Positions 40,401-52,021 of a stretch of DNA of 64,000 nt are shown piece by piece. Source of the DNA: Hormiphora californensis (lineage: Eukaryota; Animalia; Ctenophora); assembly GCA_020137815.1 (NCBI GenBank), contig CM035353.1, positions 8,494,001 to 8,558,000 on the forward strand, given 5' to 3'. A program made the position numbers and the translations under genes. Numbering within the stretch: the stretch's first letter is position 1; every line of letters starts with the position of its first letter. Under the pieces are notes generated by a model. It was not told the DNA's origin, made no database searches, and saw only the letters and a list, made by a program, of their open reading frames with translations.

Positions 40401-43400
40401 ATTAATTTAGGAAGGAAATAGTCTCATTACATTCCTCCCGCTGGATTGTTGAAACCCAAAAAATTAGTAACTGGACGTTACCAACCTGAAGGCAGCTAGT
40501 TTCAACTAGTCTCTGTAGAAACAGGGATGGTTTTCCCGTGGTACAGTTCCTTAGAAACATGTTTGTCTGTAGGATGGTGATAGGTCGGGGAAATAACTTC
40601 ATGATTCGGAGATGCTGCCGGTACTTTCCTGGGGGTGACATGATGTTATAGCAACTATAATGTTGGGGGTGACATGGTGTTATAGCAACTATAATGTTGG
40701 GGGTGGCATGGTGTTATAGCAACTATAATGTTGGGGGTGACATGCTGTTATAGCAACTATAATGTTGGGGGTGACATGGTGTTATAGCAACTATAATGTT
40801 GGGGGTGGCATGGTGTTATAGCGACTATAATGTTGGGGGTGACATGGTGTTATAGCAACTATAGGGGGTGACATGGTGTTATAGCAGCTATAATGTTGGG
40901 GGTGACATGGTGTTATAGCAGCTATAATGTTGGGGGTGACATGGTGTTATAGCAACTATAATGTTGGGGGTGACATGGTGTTATAGCAACTATAATGTTG
41001 GGGGTGACATGATGTTATATCAACTATAATGTTGGGGGTGACATGGTGTTATAGCAACTATAATGTTGGGGGTGACATGGTGTTATAGCAACTATAGGGG
41101 GTGACATGGTGTTATAGCAACTATAGGGGGTGGCATGGTGTTATAGCATGTAGGGAGAGAGAGGGGGTTAGTTTTATGAAAATATAACGTAATGTATTTG
41201 ATAGAGTCGAGTGGCATACATTTCATTAGGGCATTTTACTTTAAACCCATTTTAGTTATAACGGTAAGACAGAAGACTAAAAGAGGATAACTTAGAGACT
41301 CTTTATGTCTTAATTTGTAGTTGAAATCAAATTAAGATTTCTCACGAGTGTATTCTAAAAGCATGGGGATCGTGTGTGACTCAGTATCTACCAGGACTTT
41401 TTACTTTTAGGAATAATTGACTAGAAAAAAGAACGATGAAAATTGAGAAAATATAGGAGACTTTATTATGGCGAGGTTTTAAAAGGTGCACTCTAAAATG
41501 GTGATGCATTCTAAACGGTACGTTTTGGGAATATCTTACCTAATAACGTTAGAGCTCATAAAGAACTTAATCATAGCCACCCTCAACTCCACATCGATGG
41601 TATTCAAATCTCTGGCACCCCCAGGTAGACATTCTCTGGGGTTCCGTCTGGAGTAGAGGAGCTGGAGACACTGGGGGAGTTACAGAATAGAAGTTATTAC
41701 AGGAGTATGTGATCCATCATTTGCAGAGCGGCATTGGTATTACTATAATTATTATAGATATTTTGGGTAATGGGAACCCAAAACGCGGTTAAACGACAAG
41801 GTCTCAGCGCTGGTCTGAACCACGGATGCAGTTGATCAGTGAGATAAACTGCAGCAGTAGAGCTGTAGAGAAGCGCGCGTGATTCGGCGCGCCTCTTAAT
41901 TTACACTGGCCTACAAGTGAGACTCCGCGCCCTACGCACAATACCACACTATGTGTGTATGTGTGTCATCTCGCTCAGTGTATGTGAGTCTTGGTAAATC
42001 TTGGTTTTGTAAATATTTCAAAATACCTTTCTCAGTTCCTGGCTAAGCTCTGATCCGTGTGGTTCGGGAAGTGTAGGAAGGGGCGTCTTTCTCACGATCT
42101 TAGGGTGGATTTAATAGTTTGGTTAAGTAGTTTTGGAACTATCAGGGCCCAGGCAGCACACAACACCCCTAACTATTTATATAACTAGTGGATAACTTTA
42201 CCTTTCCTGTGTCAATGTTAACAAACACGATATCATCAGGAATTTCCATTTTGTTAACCTCAAAGAAGGAAGATGGGACACCAAACATAAAGGGCATAGG
42301 AGACCGGAGTATCTGAGGGGTGCATTGTTATAAATATTATTAAATCAACTTGCCTGGACGGGTATTAACTCACTGATTCGTACTACTACTTGACATATCT
42401 AATCATAACTTCAATCCCTTGCTCGACCCTCTCTCCCCGTGAGAATATAACAACTAGACTATGTCTATCTCTAACTTTCACTCTCACCCGGTCCCCTAAT
42501 CCATGTCCAAGTACCTTTCTCTCTTTCTCTTTCCCATCCCTTGCAGTGATTGACAGTTTCCAATCATGTCCCCTCCCCCTCTCTCTCTCTCTCTTTCTCT
42601 CTCGCACCCTGATGATGTAAATAACCCACATCTCCTTACCTAGAACACAACCATATATGGTCATGAAGTCCCATAATACACCCATATATGGTCATGAACC
42701 TACCTCCCCGGTGACAGCTCCTGGCATTGTGACAGGAAGGACAGGTATCAGGTTGTAGATATACTCAAGGGGGTATAGAAGTGAGACCAGGGCGAATACA
42801 CAGGTCGTGAGGTGACTGTAGTTTTCACTTGTAAGAACCACCTGAAATTATTAATTTCTTATGCATTATGATAACATGAAGGTAATTTTACGAGAAGCAA
42901 AGTTGGAAATGAGACTCCAAAATAAGAGACGGAAAGTCAACTTCAACTTCCAAGATTATGTAGATAAAAAAAGAGCCATTTTTAGAAATATTTATTCCTT
43001 AGCGGTGTGGCATAGTATGGCGCCAACTTAGAAATATAGTCCCCTCTTCGAAACATAGTGCCGGTATGAAGTGTTGCACTATTGTTTGGAATGGTAGTAC
43101 ACACGAGTAGTACATTCTGGTGCTGAGGAGAGAGAGAAATAGGGAAAAGAATAGGGGGAGATATAAGGCAATAGGATTGGAATGAATTTGAGAGACAAAG
43201 AGAAGGGAAGTGAGGAAGAATATTACAGAAGAAAGAGAGGCGAGAGAGATGCCAGAATCAAGAGATTGGGAGAGAGAAAGAAAGAGGCATATTTTGTATA
43301 TGAAAGAGAGAAAGAAAGAGAAAGAAATAAAGAGAGGGAGAAAGAAAGAAAGAGAGAGTGAGAAAGAATGAAAGAAAGAGAGAGATAGAGAGAGAGAGAG

Positions 43401-46400
43401 AGAGGGGGGGGGGAGAAAGAAAGAAAGAGATAGAAAGGGAGAGAGATGGTAAACCATATATCGTAGTACAAAGATTAATTTTGTACACTCTAAGAAACCA
43501 CGTGTGCCTTTGAACACTGATCAATTTGGCATCTCTCAACCATCTCTCAAAGATCACCGCGATACACACACACACACACATGCATCTCCGGCTGCTACAT
43601 AGTATAATTGTATACAGACACAGTTCCATAGCTCTATAAATCCATGATAATAAGGAGTTACCTGAACGTATCACACCTAGATTAACTACAATCTACATAC
43701 AACTAAGAATAGGATTGTACATAATGTGTACACCTCTAACACACACACACACACACTAACACATACCTTCTGTTCCAGTAGTAAACAGGTAACGAGCTCC
43801 AGGGTCCCCTCAACTCCCAGCAGCTCCAGTGGAAGGTGTACACAGTACTCAGAAAATGGGAGTCGTGAACTATCCGGATAACAAAAGTTTATGATGGGTG
43901 ACACTACGTAACACTTGTTAAATAGCCGCAGACACAATCTCTCCCCCTGGGTGAAAATGGTAGTTAGTGGGAGGCAGAATAGTGGGAGACACAATCTCTC
44001 CCCCTGCAGGTGGATAGAAAGTGGTAGTTAGTGCTCACAATCTCTCCCCCTGGGTGGATAGAAAATGGTAGTTTGTGCTCACAATCTCTCCCCCTGGGTG
44101 GATAGAAAGTGGTAGTTTGTGCTCACAATCTCTCCCCCTGGGTGGATAGAAAATGGTAGTTAGTGCTCACAATCTCTCCCCCTGGGTGGATAGAAAGTGG
44201 TAGTTAGTGCTCACAATCTCTCCCCCTGGGCGGATAGAAAGTGGTAGTTAGTGCTCACAATCTCTCCCCCTGCAGGTGGATAGAAAGTGGTAGTTAGTGC
44301 TCACAATCTCTCCCCCTGGGTGGATAGAAAATGGTAGTTTGTGCTCACAATCTCTCCCCCTGGGTGGATAGAAAGTGGTAGTTAGTGCTCACAATCTCTG
44401 GGGGGGGTTCAACCTAAAAATTTCCATTTCCATTTGCCAAAATCCGGGTATCGATGGAAATTTTTAGAAATTTTTAGAAGTTTTTAGAAATTTTTAGAAG
44501 TTTTTAGTACTAAAAATTTCCAAAAATTTCTAAAAATTTCCAAAAATTTCCATTAATTTCCAAAAATTTCTAAAAATTTCTAAAAATTTCCAAAAATTTC
44601 CATTGACCAAGAAAAGAAAAATTAACAAAAACTTGAAAATATATAAACACAGTTGTCGAAGAACTGGTTCCTTTTCCTTACCTCTTGTGACAACTGAGCA
44701 TCAATAAGTTATTGAATGATAGATAAGACATCGATATCATATATTTTTGGGCAATCCATACAATTTCTTCAGAAATCATAGCTTCATTGGACAACTAAGT
44801 TACCAAATAGCACCTTATATAAGTACATAAGGTATCTTGTGCTATTTGGTAACTTACTTTTAAATATTCCTTCGGACGGGTCCTTTTACCATGACTAATG
44901 CTTAATACCGTAGTAGATCAGGTTTCTTAGCATACAATATAGAAACTTAAACTCTTTTTAAAACTCGATAAGGGATATAGCGAGAATAAGTACTAACTTA
45001 CTGTCGAAAACATGCATAGATTACCTATCATTACCTTGGAATTGGGTTACCGACGAACTTATATAAACTTCTAAAAGTTTCTAAAAACTTCTAAAAATTT
45101 CTAAAAATTTCTAAAAACTTCTAAAAATTTCTAAAAATTTCCATTTACTAAAAACTTCCAAAAATTTCCATTGTCCATAAATTTCTAAAAATTTCTAAAA
45201 ATTTCTAAAAATTTCCAAAAAATTCTAAAAATTTCTAAAAATTTCTAAAAATTTCTAAAAATTTCCAAAATAAAATTTCCATTTGCCAAAAAAGAGGGTA
45301 TCAATGGAAATTTTTAGGGTTGAACCCCCCCCCATCTCTCCCCCTGGGCGGATAGAAAGTGGTAGTTAGTGCTCACAATCTCTCCCCCTGGGTGGATAGA
45401 AAATGGTAGTTAGTGCTCACAATCTCTCCCCCTGGGTGGATAGAAAGTGGTAGTTAGTGCTCAAATTTTGGGTAACGGGGCTATTATATGGGGTATATCA
45501 TAGGGGGTCCGGGGTAACCAGTAGTATACTATAGGGATTAGGGGGTAGTATTATAATACTAGGAGTGGGAGGCAGAATAACACGCAGTGGAAATATTCAA
45601 AATATAAGAATAATTTCAGTATACCTAAAGATAATTTCAGTATACATACACCTCTGTCTCTCTCTTCTTCAGACCCCATCTCTCTAAACAATTACCTCTG
45701 CTGAAGGTGCAGGTGATTTGATGAGGTTTGACAGCCACTCCTGTAACTCCTGACAGATGTCCAGTGTAGTGCATGCCTCTATATCAAAACCTGGAAATGT
45801 ATTGGGATAATGATACAATTGGAACAGTCAGACAGACCCGCTGATAATGCTATAAATGGGTAACACTTGTACCAAACAACAATTGGATAGCCCCGGGTCC
45901 CTAGATATAGAATTGGTACTAGTTTCTCTTTTTTGTATCCTCCTTTCTGCCCCGCGGCCCGTAACCATAGATAATTCCGGAAACTTTAGGATAGGGGAAC
46001 CTATTCTCAAGTTAAATTCAGTGTGTGCAGGGTTGAAAAAAACACTCCGAAATGGTGCACAGTACGTTGCAAATTTTGTGCAAGGTGCACCCTTGTAACA
46101 ATTGTGAGATGTTTGGGGAAGTCTCTAAATTCATAAACCATAGGTACAAACTCCAAAAAGGTGGACTTTTGTTCCTTACACGAAATAATAATAATAATAA
46201 ACTGAATATATTCAGTTGATAGTGTATTAGCTGAGAAATATTGATTTCTTGAATGACAATGTGATAAATAATGCCTCTATTGTCCGTGATACTAAATACA
46301 AAAGGGGGGAAGATTCTATATTATTTAGCTCCGTTCCCTATAACATGAGATATATCGTTCATGTATAATATTCCTCTTTATATTTCTATCTCGAGATATA

Positions 46401-47959
46401 AATACATATAGGGTTAGGTAACTACCTAATATTATTATATGTTGACAATAGAGAGAGAGACCAAAGAGAGAGATAACTAGAGTTATTGTAAACAAATAAC
46501 CTGGTATGTACATTTAGTTCAGACTCTCTAACAATAAACCCTAGTTCTCACCATACTATGTACTAATACAAGTGGGACACCCTGTACAATAAACCCTAGT
46601 TCTCACCATGCTATGTACTAATACAAGTGGGACACCCTGTACAATAAACCCTAGTTCTCACCATACTATGTACTAATACAAGTGGGACATCCTGTACAAT
46701 AAACCAGTGGGAACCTTGAGATTGTTAGGTCACTGGATCTAGTAAGGAGCCAATATGACACAACATGGTGACTAACCGACCTGTGAGGGGGTTATCAAAG
46801 GACACACATCACATGCTGACTAACCGGTGGGGTGAAAGTCAGCAGGGTAGAAAGAGAAACTCCAGGGGATTGAGTTGCGGAATAACTCCTTCTCATTAAC
46901 CGCAGCACCCATTTGCTGAAATGATATTAGATAAACAACAAGTTTATAGAGTGAGATAGAGAGGGGTGAAGAGAGATAGAGATAGACAATAGACAGATGT
47001 AATATAGATCTTATTACTTCCCCCCTTTAAGTTAATAGAAAGAGTATCAAGTGTCTATTATATCAGATACATTAACGGAATATCACCACACAGAACACCC
47101 CCCCTTACCTTCATAAACATTAGTTTGAAGGCATGGATACACTCCTTAGAACTGTTGAAGAATGTGTGATGTGATATCAAACAAAATGTGGTCAACATGA
47201 ACGCAACAACTGGTTTCTCCGGGTGATTCGATACCTTCTGCTTCGCCAAAATGGGTCGGTAAAACTGGACACACACCCCAAATCTGTTGGGTAATGAGAT
47301 AAAGAGGGAGATCGTTTAAAGGGTAAAGAGAGGAAGGAAACGGGTTTAAAAGATAATGAGAGAGAGGGAGAGGGTTGAAGAGATACAAATAGGGATGGAA
47401 TTACGGAGGGAGTTGAAGAGAGAGATTCAACCTACCGTTTCACATTATTTTTAAGGTCAGTTAACATGAATACAAAGTTAACAGATTCCTTCGGCAATGT
47501 CTCCAGTGGTCCAAGGACTGTACATCCTTCTGGCTGGGCGAAAAACTCAACATCTGTAGAAATATACAATGTTATCACGTGACGCCCATATATGGTATTG
47601 TCACGTGATGCCCATATATGGTATTGTACGTCATGTGATGCTACCTTGAGGTAGAGGATAATCTTCGTGGTCTTCTTGGGGAAATCTCCACAGAACTTTG
47701 GGCCTTAAAGTCTCATTTCCTTCGTCTAGTAATGGTATCTCACCGCTGACCTGAAATAAAAATGAAATTTGTGAGAGTCCCTACAACATCCTGAATCACT
47801 GCAACCTACACAGTTTGAAGCTAGGATGATTTGAAGCTAGTTTGAAAGTGCAGAAACAATGGAATAATTTGATGAACATTGAAACAGTGTAAATTGTAAT
47901 GTGATACTGACCACTAGAAAATAATCGAAGAGCCGCGGACAGAAAACTGATGGTAACAT
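25494..47959 (-). CDS. MADD: MAP kinase-activating death domain protein / Rab3-Rab27 GEF (uDENN-DENN-dDENN), multi-exon
   Basis: N-terminus MLPSVFCPRLFDYFLV (cf. MADD FCPRLLDYLV). Also RFPQEDHEDYPLPQDVEFFAQPEGC, HLPLELLGVEGTLELVTCLLLEQKVVL, YPLEYIY, DVELRVAMIKFF, KLFPRP, DPSLIGDKLIWY, NVLDGLGIPW and IEQDEDELL. Last exon ends SDDEKYM*. Confidence 0.9.
25932..27391 (-). repeat. ~43-bp minisatellite (~34 copies), each a copy of a MADD 3' splice site plus exon start
   Basis: Unit on the - strand: ..taacccagttctctatctccctctag|ACGGT[G/T]ATCCC. The real exon 25943-25860 starts ACGGTGATCCCAGTG. Confidence 0.95.
30557..31170 (+). mobile_element. Head-to-tail dimer of a ~300-bp non-autonomous Helitron (30557-30855, 30856-31170)
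   Basis: Both copies have a 5' TC, a 3' CTAG and hairpins ccacccggcgaagccgggtgg and gcgcacccaatgggtgcgc. Inserted between A and T, with the empty site tataaaa|tgaggtata preserved just upstream. Confidence 0.9.
32264..32893 (+). mobile_element. Non-autonomous Helitron
   Basis: A|TCatactattatt ... hairpin tcgcccgtagggcga ... CTAG|T, inserted in a taataat tract with no TSD. Confidence 0.8.
33992..38762 (+). CDS. LGR/GRL101-like rhodopsin-class GPCR with multiple LDLa-like modules, nested antisense in a MADD intron; exons ~33992-34936, 35076-35173, 35825-37605, 37696-38762
   Basis: Signal peptide MVLWWSIMALCVTANG. LDLa motifs CDGRKDCSSEVDEEQC, DGAVDCLDGRDE, CNLRDDCKDGSDEENC, CNGKIECSDLSDEC. 7TM region with GDILIGFYL, WLTSKDC, GVCI, TDFFCWIP and LPINSVINPLLY. 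Confidence 0.88.
38238..38745 (+). repeat. Coding 24-bp minisatellite (QQTTEMGV x~21) in the GPCR C-tail
   Basis: In-frame repeat preceding the stop codon at 38760-38762. Confidence 0.95.
39405..39555 (-). repeat. 45-bp tandem repeat triplicating a MADD 5' splice site
   Basis: CTCAACCCGTACAG|gta occurs at 39538, 39493 and 39448, spaced exactly 45 nt apart. Confidence 0.9.
40631..41148. repeat. 34-bp minisatellite (~15 copies) abutting a MADD acceptor
   Basis: gggggtgacatggtgttatagcaactataatgtt units begin immediately at the acceptor AG (40629-40630). Confidence 0.93.
43933..45463 (-). repeat. ~44-bp minisatellite (~13 copies) copying a MADD acceptor plus exon start, interrupted by a MITE
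   Basis: Unit on the - strand: actaactaccactttctatccacccag|GGGGAGAGATTGTG. The real exon begins at 43946 with GGGGAGAGATTGTGTCTG. Confidence 0.93.
44400..45333. mobile_element. MITE with poly-G/poly-C termini, TIRs and subterminal AAAAATTTCT arrays; 6-bp TSD atctct
   Basis: Ends G8ttcaacctaaaaatttccatt / aatggaaatttttagggttgaaC9. atctct is duplicated at 44394-44399 and 45334-45339. Confidence 0.88.
46532..46705. repeat. ~55-bp tandem repeat x3 in a MADD intron
   Basis: aataaaccctagttctcaccatactatgtactaatacaagtgggacaccctgtac repeated. Confidence 0.9.
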
Positions 47960-48124
47960 ATCATTCCGCTATGGGGACAAAGAAGGTGATTTGCAAGTAA
48001 AGCGATTGGAAATAACTGAGATTACCAAGATGGGTATATAATATTTAATTCATTAAAGTTATACACCTTTTAAAAGATAAAACTTGGTAAAATTCTGAAG
48101 GGTACAAAAACACAATACAATACA

Positions 48125-48624
48125 TCACTCAACATCGTTTTCATCTGAACTCTCGTTATTATCACTGTCCTCTACCGGGACTACTTTCTCTCGATAATCT
48201 GTTGTATTTTTAACAGATTCTGAGTCAAGTTTCACCGCACACTCCCGTAGCATATCTTTTGTTTCAGCTAATGATAATATCGTTAACAATCGCTCCGGCT
48301 TTGACGGCAATGCCTTTTTAGATTTAGCCTCATATGGAGAGAACTTCCGTTCACCAATCACGGGATGTGTATTAGGTTGAGTTTAGATAAAGCAATATCA
48401 AGATCACTGACATTTTCCCGAGACTCAATTATTGCTTTTGCCTTTTCTATACAGATTTTCAACTTGTCTCCAGTTATCACTTAACTTGAGGTAGTTCAAG
48501 AGTTTGGTCTGCCGATCTATCAAGCTCCAACAGCTCCTCGTTTGATTGTTTTTCAAGGGATTTTAGCTGGTCACGGTGTGGACTTAAGCAAGGGCAGGCC
48601 GAGCGTTTTGCTCGTTATTTCCAT
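48125..48624 (-). pseudogene. Frameshifted GRINL1A/POLR2M (Gdown1)-like sequence, intronless
   Basis: Pieces in shifting frames read LEKQSNEELLEL / IDRQTKLLNYLKLSDN / GDKLKICIEKAKAIIE (cf. Gdown1 ..RQE.LL...LPDKG.KI). The C-terminus reads KFSPY..LSLAET..DYRE..SSDE. At least three single-base frameshifts. Homology is recognised from memory, not searched. Confidence 0.6.
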
Positions 48625-49575
48625 ATTTCAAACAAGCGATATGTCACTCAAATGAAAATTATCCCACGGTCAGAACTCAGATCCCTGCGACGAACTGCTA
48701 AGAAAAGTTTAGCAATCAGCGGATGAAGTCGATCAGAAAAGCGAGGTCAGAGAATCTTTCAAGTTCCAGTGAAAATTCGCTTTCTAAGAAGAAAAAAAAT
48801 CAGCAGAAAAATATTTTTTAAATTTTGCTTCGTTCGGCGCGGTACGGCATGGCGCGCGAAAAGTTGCGAAAAGTTGCGCGCAAATAAAGCGCGCGCGAAT
48901 TCATCTGACTTCATCGATTGTTTGCGGAGTGATTCTACCAGTCCTGCAGGACCTGTCACTTCTTGATTGATCACTTCATGACGGTTTCTAATTTCCCTCT
49001 ACGTTGTTTTTTTAACACGGCCGCTTGTTATATGATAGCTCAACAAACAGCTATCTGGCGGCTTCAGCTTCAGACCCCAATTTGACAGTGCAAGTGCGCT
49101 CAGATGGGGTCGGCGGCGCCAGACAGAAAAGCAGGGACCAGGGGGATAGGTAACTATAATTAGTTAACTAATTAGTTGAGGGTACGCCTCAATTATAATT
49201 GGGGCTGATGACAAACCCACATTGACATGTCCCTTGTCTGTCAGCTCTCACACCGGGCCGAAGGGCCGGTGTGAGCTTTCAGCTTACGCGAGCCCGAAGT
49301 GCCGAACAGACAGACTGCGTAGCATGGCAAAACCCACCCGACTCCGCGCCGCCGGTTGGCTCTCTTTAATATCATTATTCCCCAATTCCCCAATTCCGCC
49401 AATTTCTACTGTTGACATCAGCCATGGCAACTGTATCGGTAACCATGAAGAGTGAAGACTGAATCGCTTAAATATTTTCTGAAATCACAAACTCCCAAAA
49501 GAATAACAGCTTTACAGCTTTCTGCTTTGGTCACATAAATGTGTTTATGAAGGAGCAGACTGTCGCTGAACACAC

Positions 49576-50804
49576 ATTTGCGCTTTCTAAACAATGGCTT
49601 TTTCTGATGAGAACAACACCTAATGTCAAGGAAAAGTTTGAGCCACTAGAAAAGTGCATTAACGAAGTGTTTATCCCACGGATATTTGGACGACCAGTCA
49701 ACACATTAATCAGGGAAATAACAAAGCTTCCGACAAAATACACAGGACTCAACATTTTTGATCCAGTGGAAATCTCGACCAGAGAATTTCAAGCTTCGAA
49801 AAATGCTACAACGTCTCAAGTAAAAAATATCATTCAACAAAAACTTGAGATAAACGATGTGGAATGGGCAGAGCAACAAGAAGAAAAACTATTGGAAAAA
49901 CATTATCTCCGAAGTCGATGGACCACTCAGACGCCAAATTGAAGATCTCAGGCAACCGGGAACTTCTAGTTGGCTCACCACTCTGCCTATCAGAGAGTAT
50001 GGATTTGTCCTGAACAAGCAGGAGTTCAAAGATGCGTTAGCCATAAGGTACATGCTCCCACTTGCTGATATCAGTGAGACATGCGGCTGTGGGGAATCAG
50101 CTACTATTGAACACTTGTTATCGTGCATGCGTGGTGGATACACAAATGCTAGACACAACCAGGTCCGAGACATCACCGCAATAATGATGAAAAATTCCGG
50201 ATGCGGGGACGTAAAGATCGAGCCAACACTGTTGCCCCTTACTGGAGAGGAACTAAATAAAAACAGCAACACTAGGGAAATGGCAAGACTGGACGTGTCT
50301 GGAAGAAATTTCTGGTCTAAGGGAGACAAGATCTTTGCGGACATCCGTATATTTAACTCGTTGGCACCAACAAATCAAATTAACACCATCGAGAAAACTG
50401 CGGAGATCCATGAAGGTCAGAAGAAAAGGGCCTATGGGGAGAGAATCCTAAATGTGGAACGAGCTACCTTCACCCCACTTGTGTTCTCAACAATCGGAAC
50501 ATTCGGACCAGAAGCAGAGCGGTTCTACAAGCGTCTGGCTGGCTTGTACTCGGTTAAGTCGAAACAAAGCTATAATGACGCCATTAGATACATTAGATTA
50601 CGATTATCATTTTGCATCCTCAAATCATTACTCATTCAAATTCGAGGCTACCGAGGGTCTCTACCATTCTATCCTGATCTAATAGATATGAATCTAGTAC
50701 CTTTATTCCTTTTATAAATCACGTTATTAGTATAACCTATTTCTATATATTTTGCGAGATGTTTTATAACATGACATTATAAATTTGTTCTATCTTTTCC
50801 CAAT
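49576..50804 (+). mobile_element. 5'-truncated non-LTR retrotransposon with zinc knuckle and restriction-like endonuclease (CRE-like clade), one frameshift
   Basis: CGCG..IEHLLSC..GG..RHNQVRD, RLDV..IFADIRIFN, EGQKKRAY and FTPLVFSTIG motifs. 10-bp TSD ctgaacacac (49566-49575, 50805-50814). Absent from duplicate copy B. Confidence 0.88.
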
Positions 50805-50842
50805 CTGAACACACGCTGAACGAACGGCTTCGACTTCGACAC

Positions 50843-51097
50843 CATGACGCATGTAGGGGAAGTTAGGGTGGGGGGCAGGGTATGCCATGGCCCCAGTATT
50901 TTTCAGGAAATGGCCCCTGTACTTATCATGATAGACAAAAAATACAACTTTTTGGCCTAAAAATTGAAAAATTTTCTCGGGCTCCGCTGGCACTCCGCCC
51001 AATGCGTACAATTTTGCAATATAAAATTCTATGCATTACATATCACGTGACCAAAAAAATTGGCCCCACCACTTTCAAAAGTTCCCCTACATGCCTG
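50843..51097. mobile_element. hAT-type MITE
   Basis: TIR ca..gcatgtaggggaa / ttcccctacatgcctg and 8-bp TSD ttcgacac. The empty site is present in copy B. Confidence 0.85.
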
Positions 51098-51455
51098 TTC
51101 GACACGACAACTCCAAATTATAATTAAGGATTTCTCACATTTTACTGCACAGGTGCAACTACTAGACAACAAAGAGAATCTGGGTACAGTAATCTTGTTC
51201 ACTCCGAGGGAGAGTGACGGGCTCTCATCGAATCAGGTTTGTTACTTTGTGCAGTACTAGTGTTAAAATCTTGTGTGAGTTGACCGTACTCACTGGACCA
51301 TCAGCCAGCAGGTCCACGGCAACGGGACTAAGCCCTGATACCCCAACATACAGATGGGAGATCAGGGCTTAGCTGGCACGAAGAGCTCATTTCTGAGCTC
51401 CCCCCGTTGAGCTCACCTCACACACACATCACACTACACTACACTACATACACAC

Positions 51456-52021
51456 TCATTCCATATCCAGCACGACATAGTCTGTCTGTGCTGCACGGTG
51501 GGAGCAGGGCACCGGTTCAGTTTGGTTGGCAGCATTGAGTCCGGTGATGGACGGCCCAGCTCCGTTTCGAATCATTTCGAAACTTATGTTCATCTCCTGA
51601 TGAAGTTTCTTGATCTGATGAAGGATCCCTCCCTGTCGAGAAGCCAGACCGAGATTGTGTTCTACCATGGTGTGTCCCAGGACCTGAAAGTATTCGTGAC
51701 ATTAGTTTTGATATGCTAAACTAATACATATATGCGCCTGTATGAATTGAACTGGGGATTGTGAAGGCCAATTTATCACTCTGATCTTACCTTGTTCTTG
51801 TCAAGGATGGTCCTGAACATGGGACCTAGTTCTGCGGCGAGGGGCTCCATTAGAGATACCATCCGTTTTAGTTGTCTTTGTGTTTCAGCTGCCTCGTACT
51901 TCAAGCCTTCCTCAGTTCTCCCTATCATCTTGGTGAGGATGAACACGGCTATAATCCCCAGGAGCAATGTTACTATCGGGATGATCTGCATGGCAAACAA
52001 GGTAGGGGCGTCTAGTTCCAT
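51456..52021 (-). CDS. Unrecognised 152-aa single-pass membrane/helical protein, copy A (exons 52021-51791, 51683-51456)
   Basis: AAG|gtaaga donor and tttcag|GTC acceptor join the 81-aa and 70-aa ORFs in frame. N-terminal hydrophobic helix IIPIVTLLLGIIAVFILT. ORF conserved in the paralog. Confidence 0.7.
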
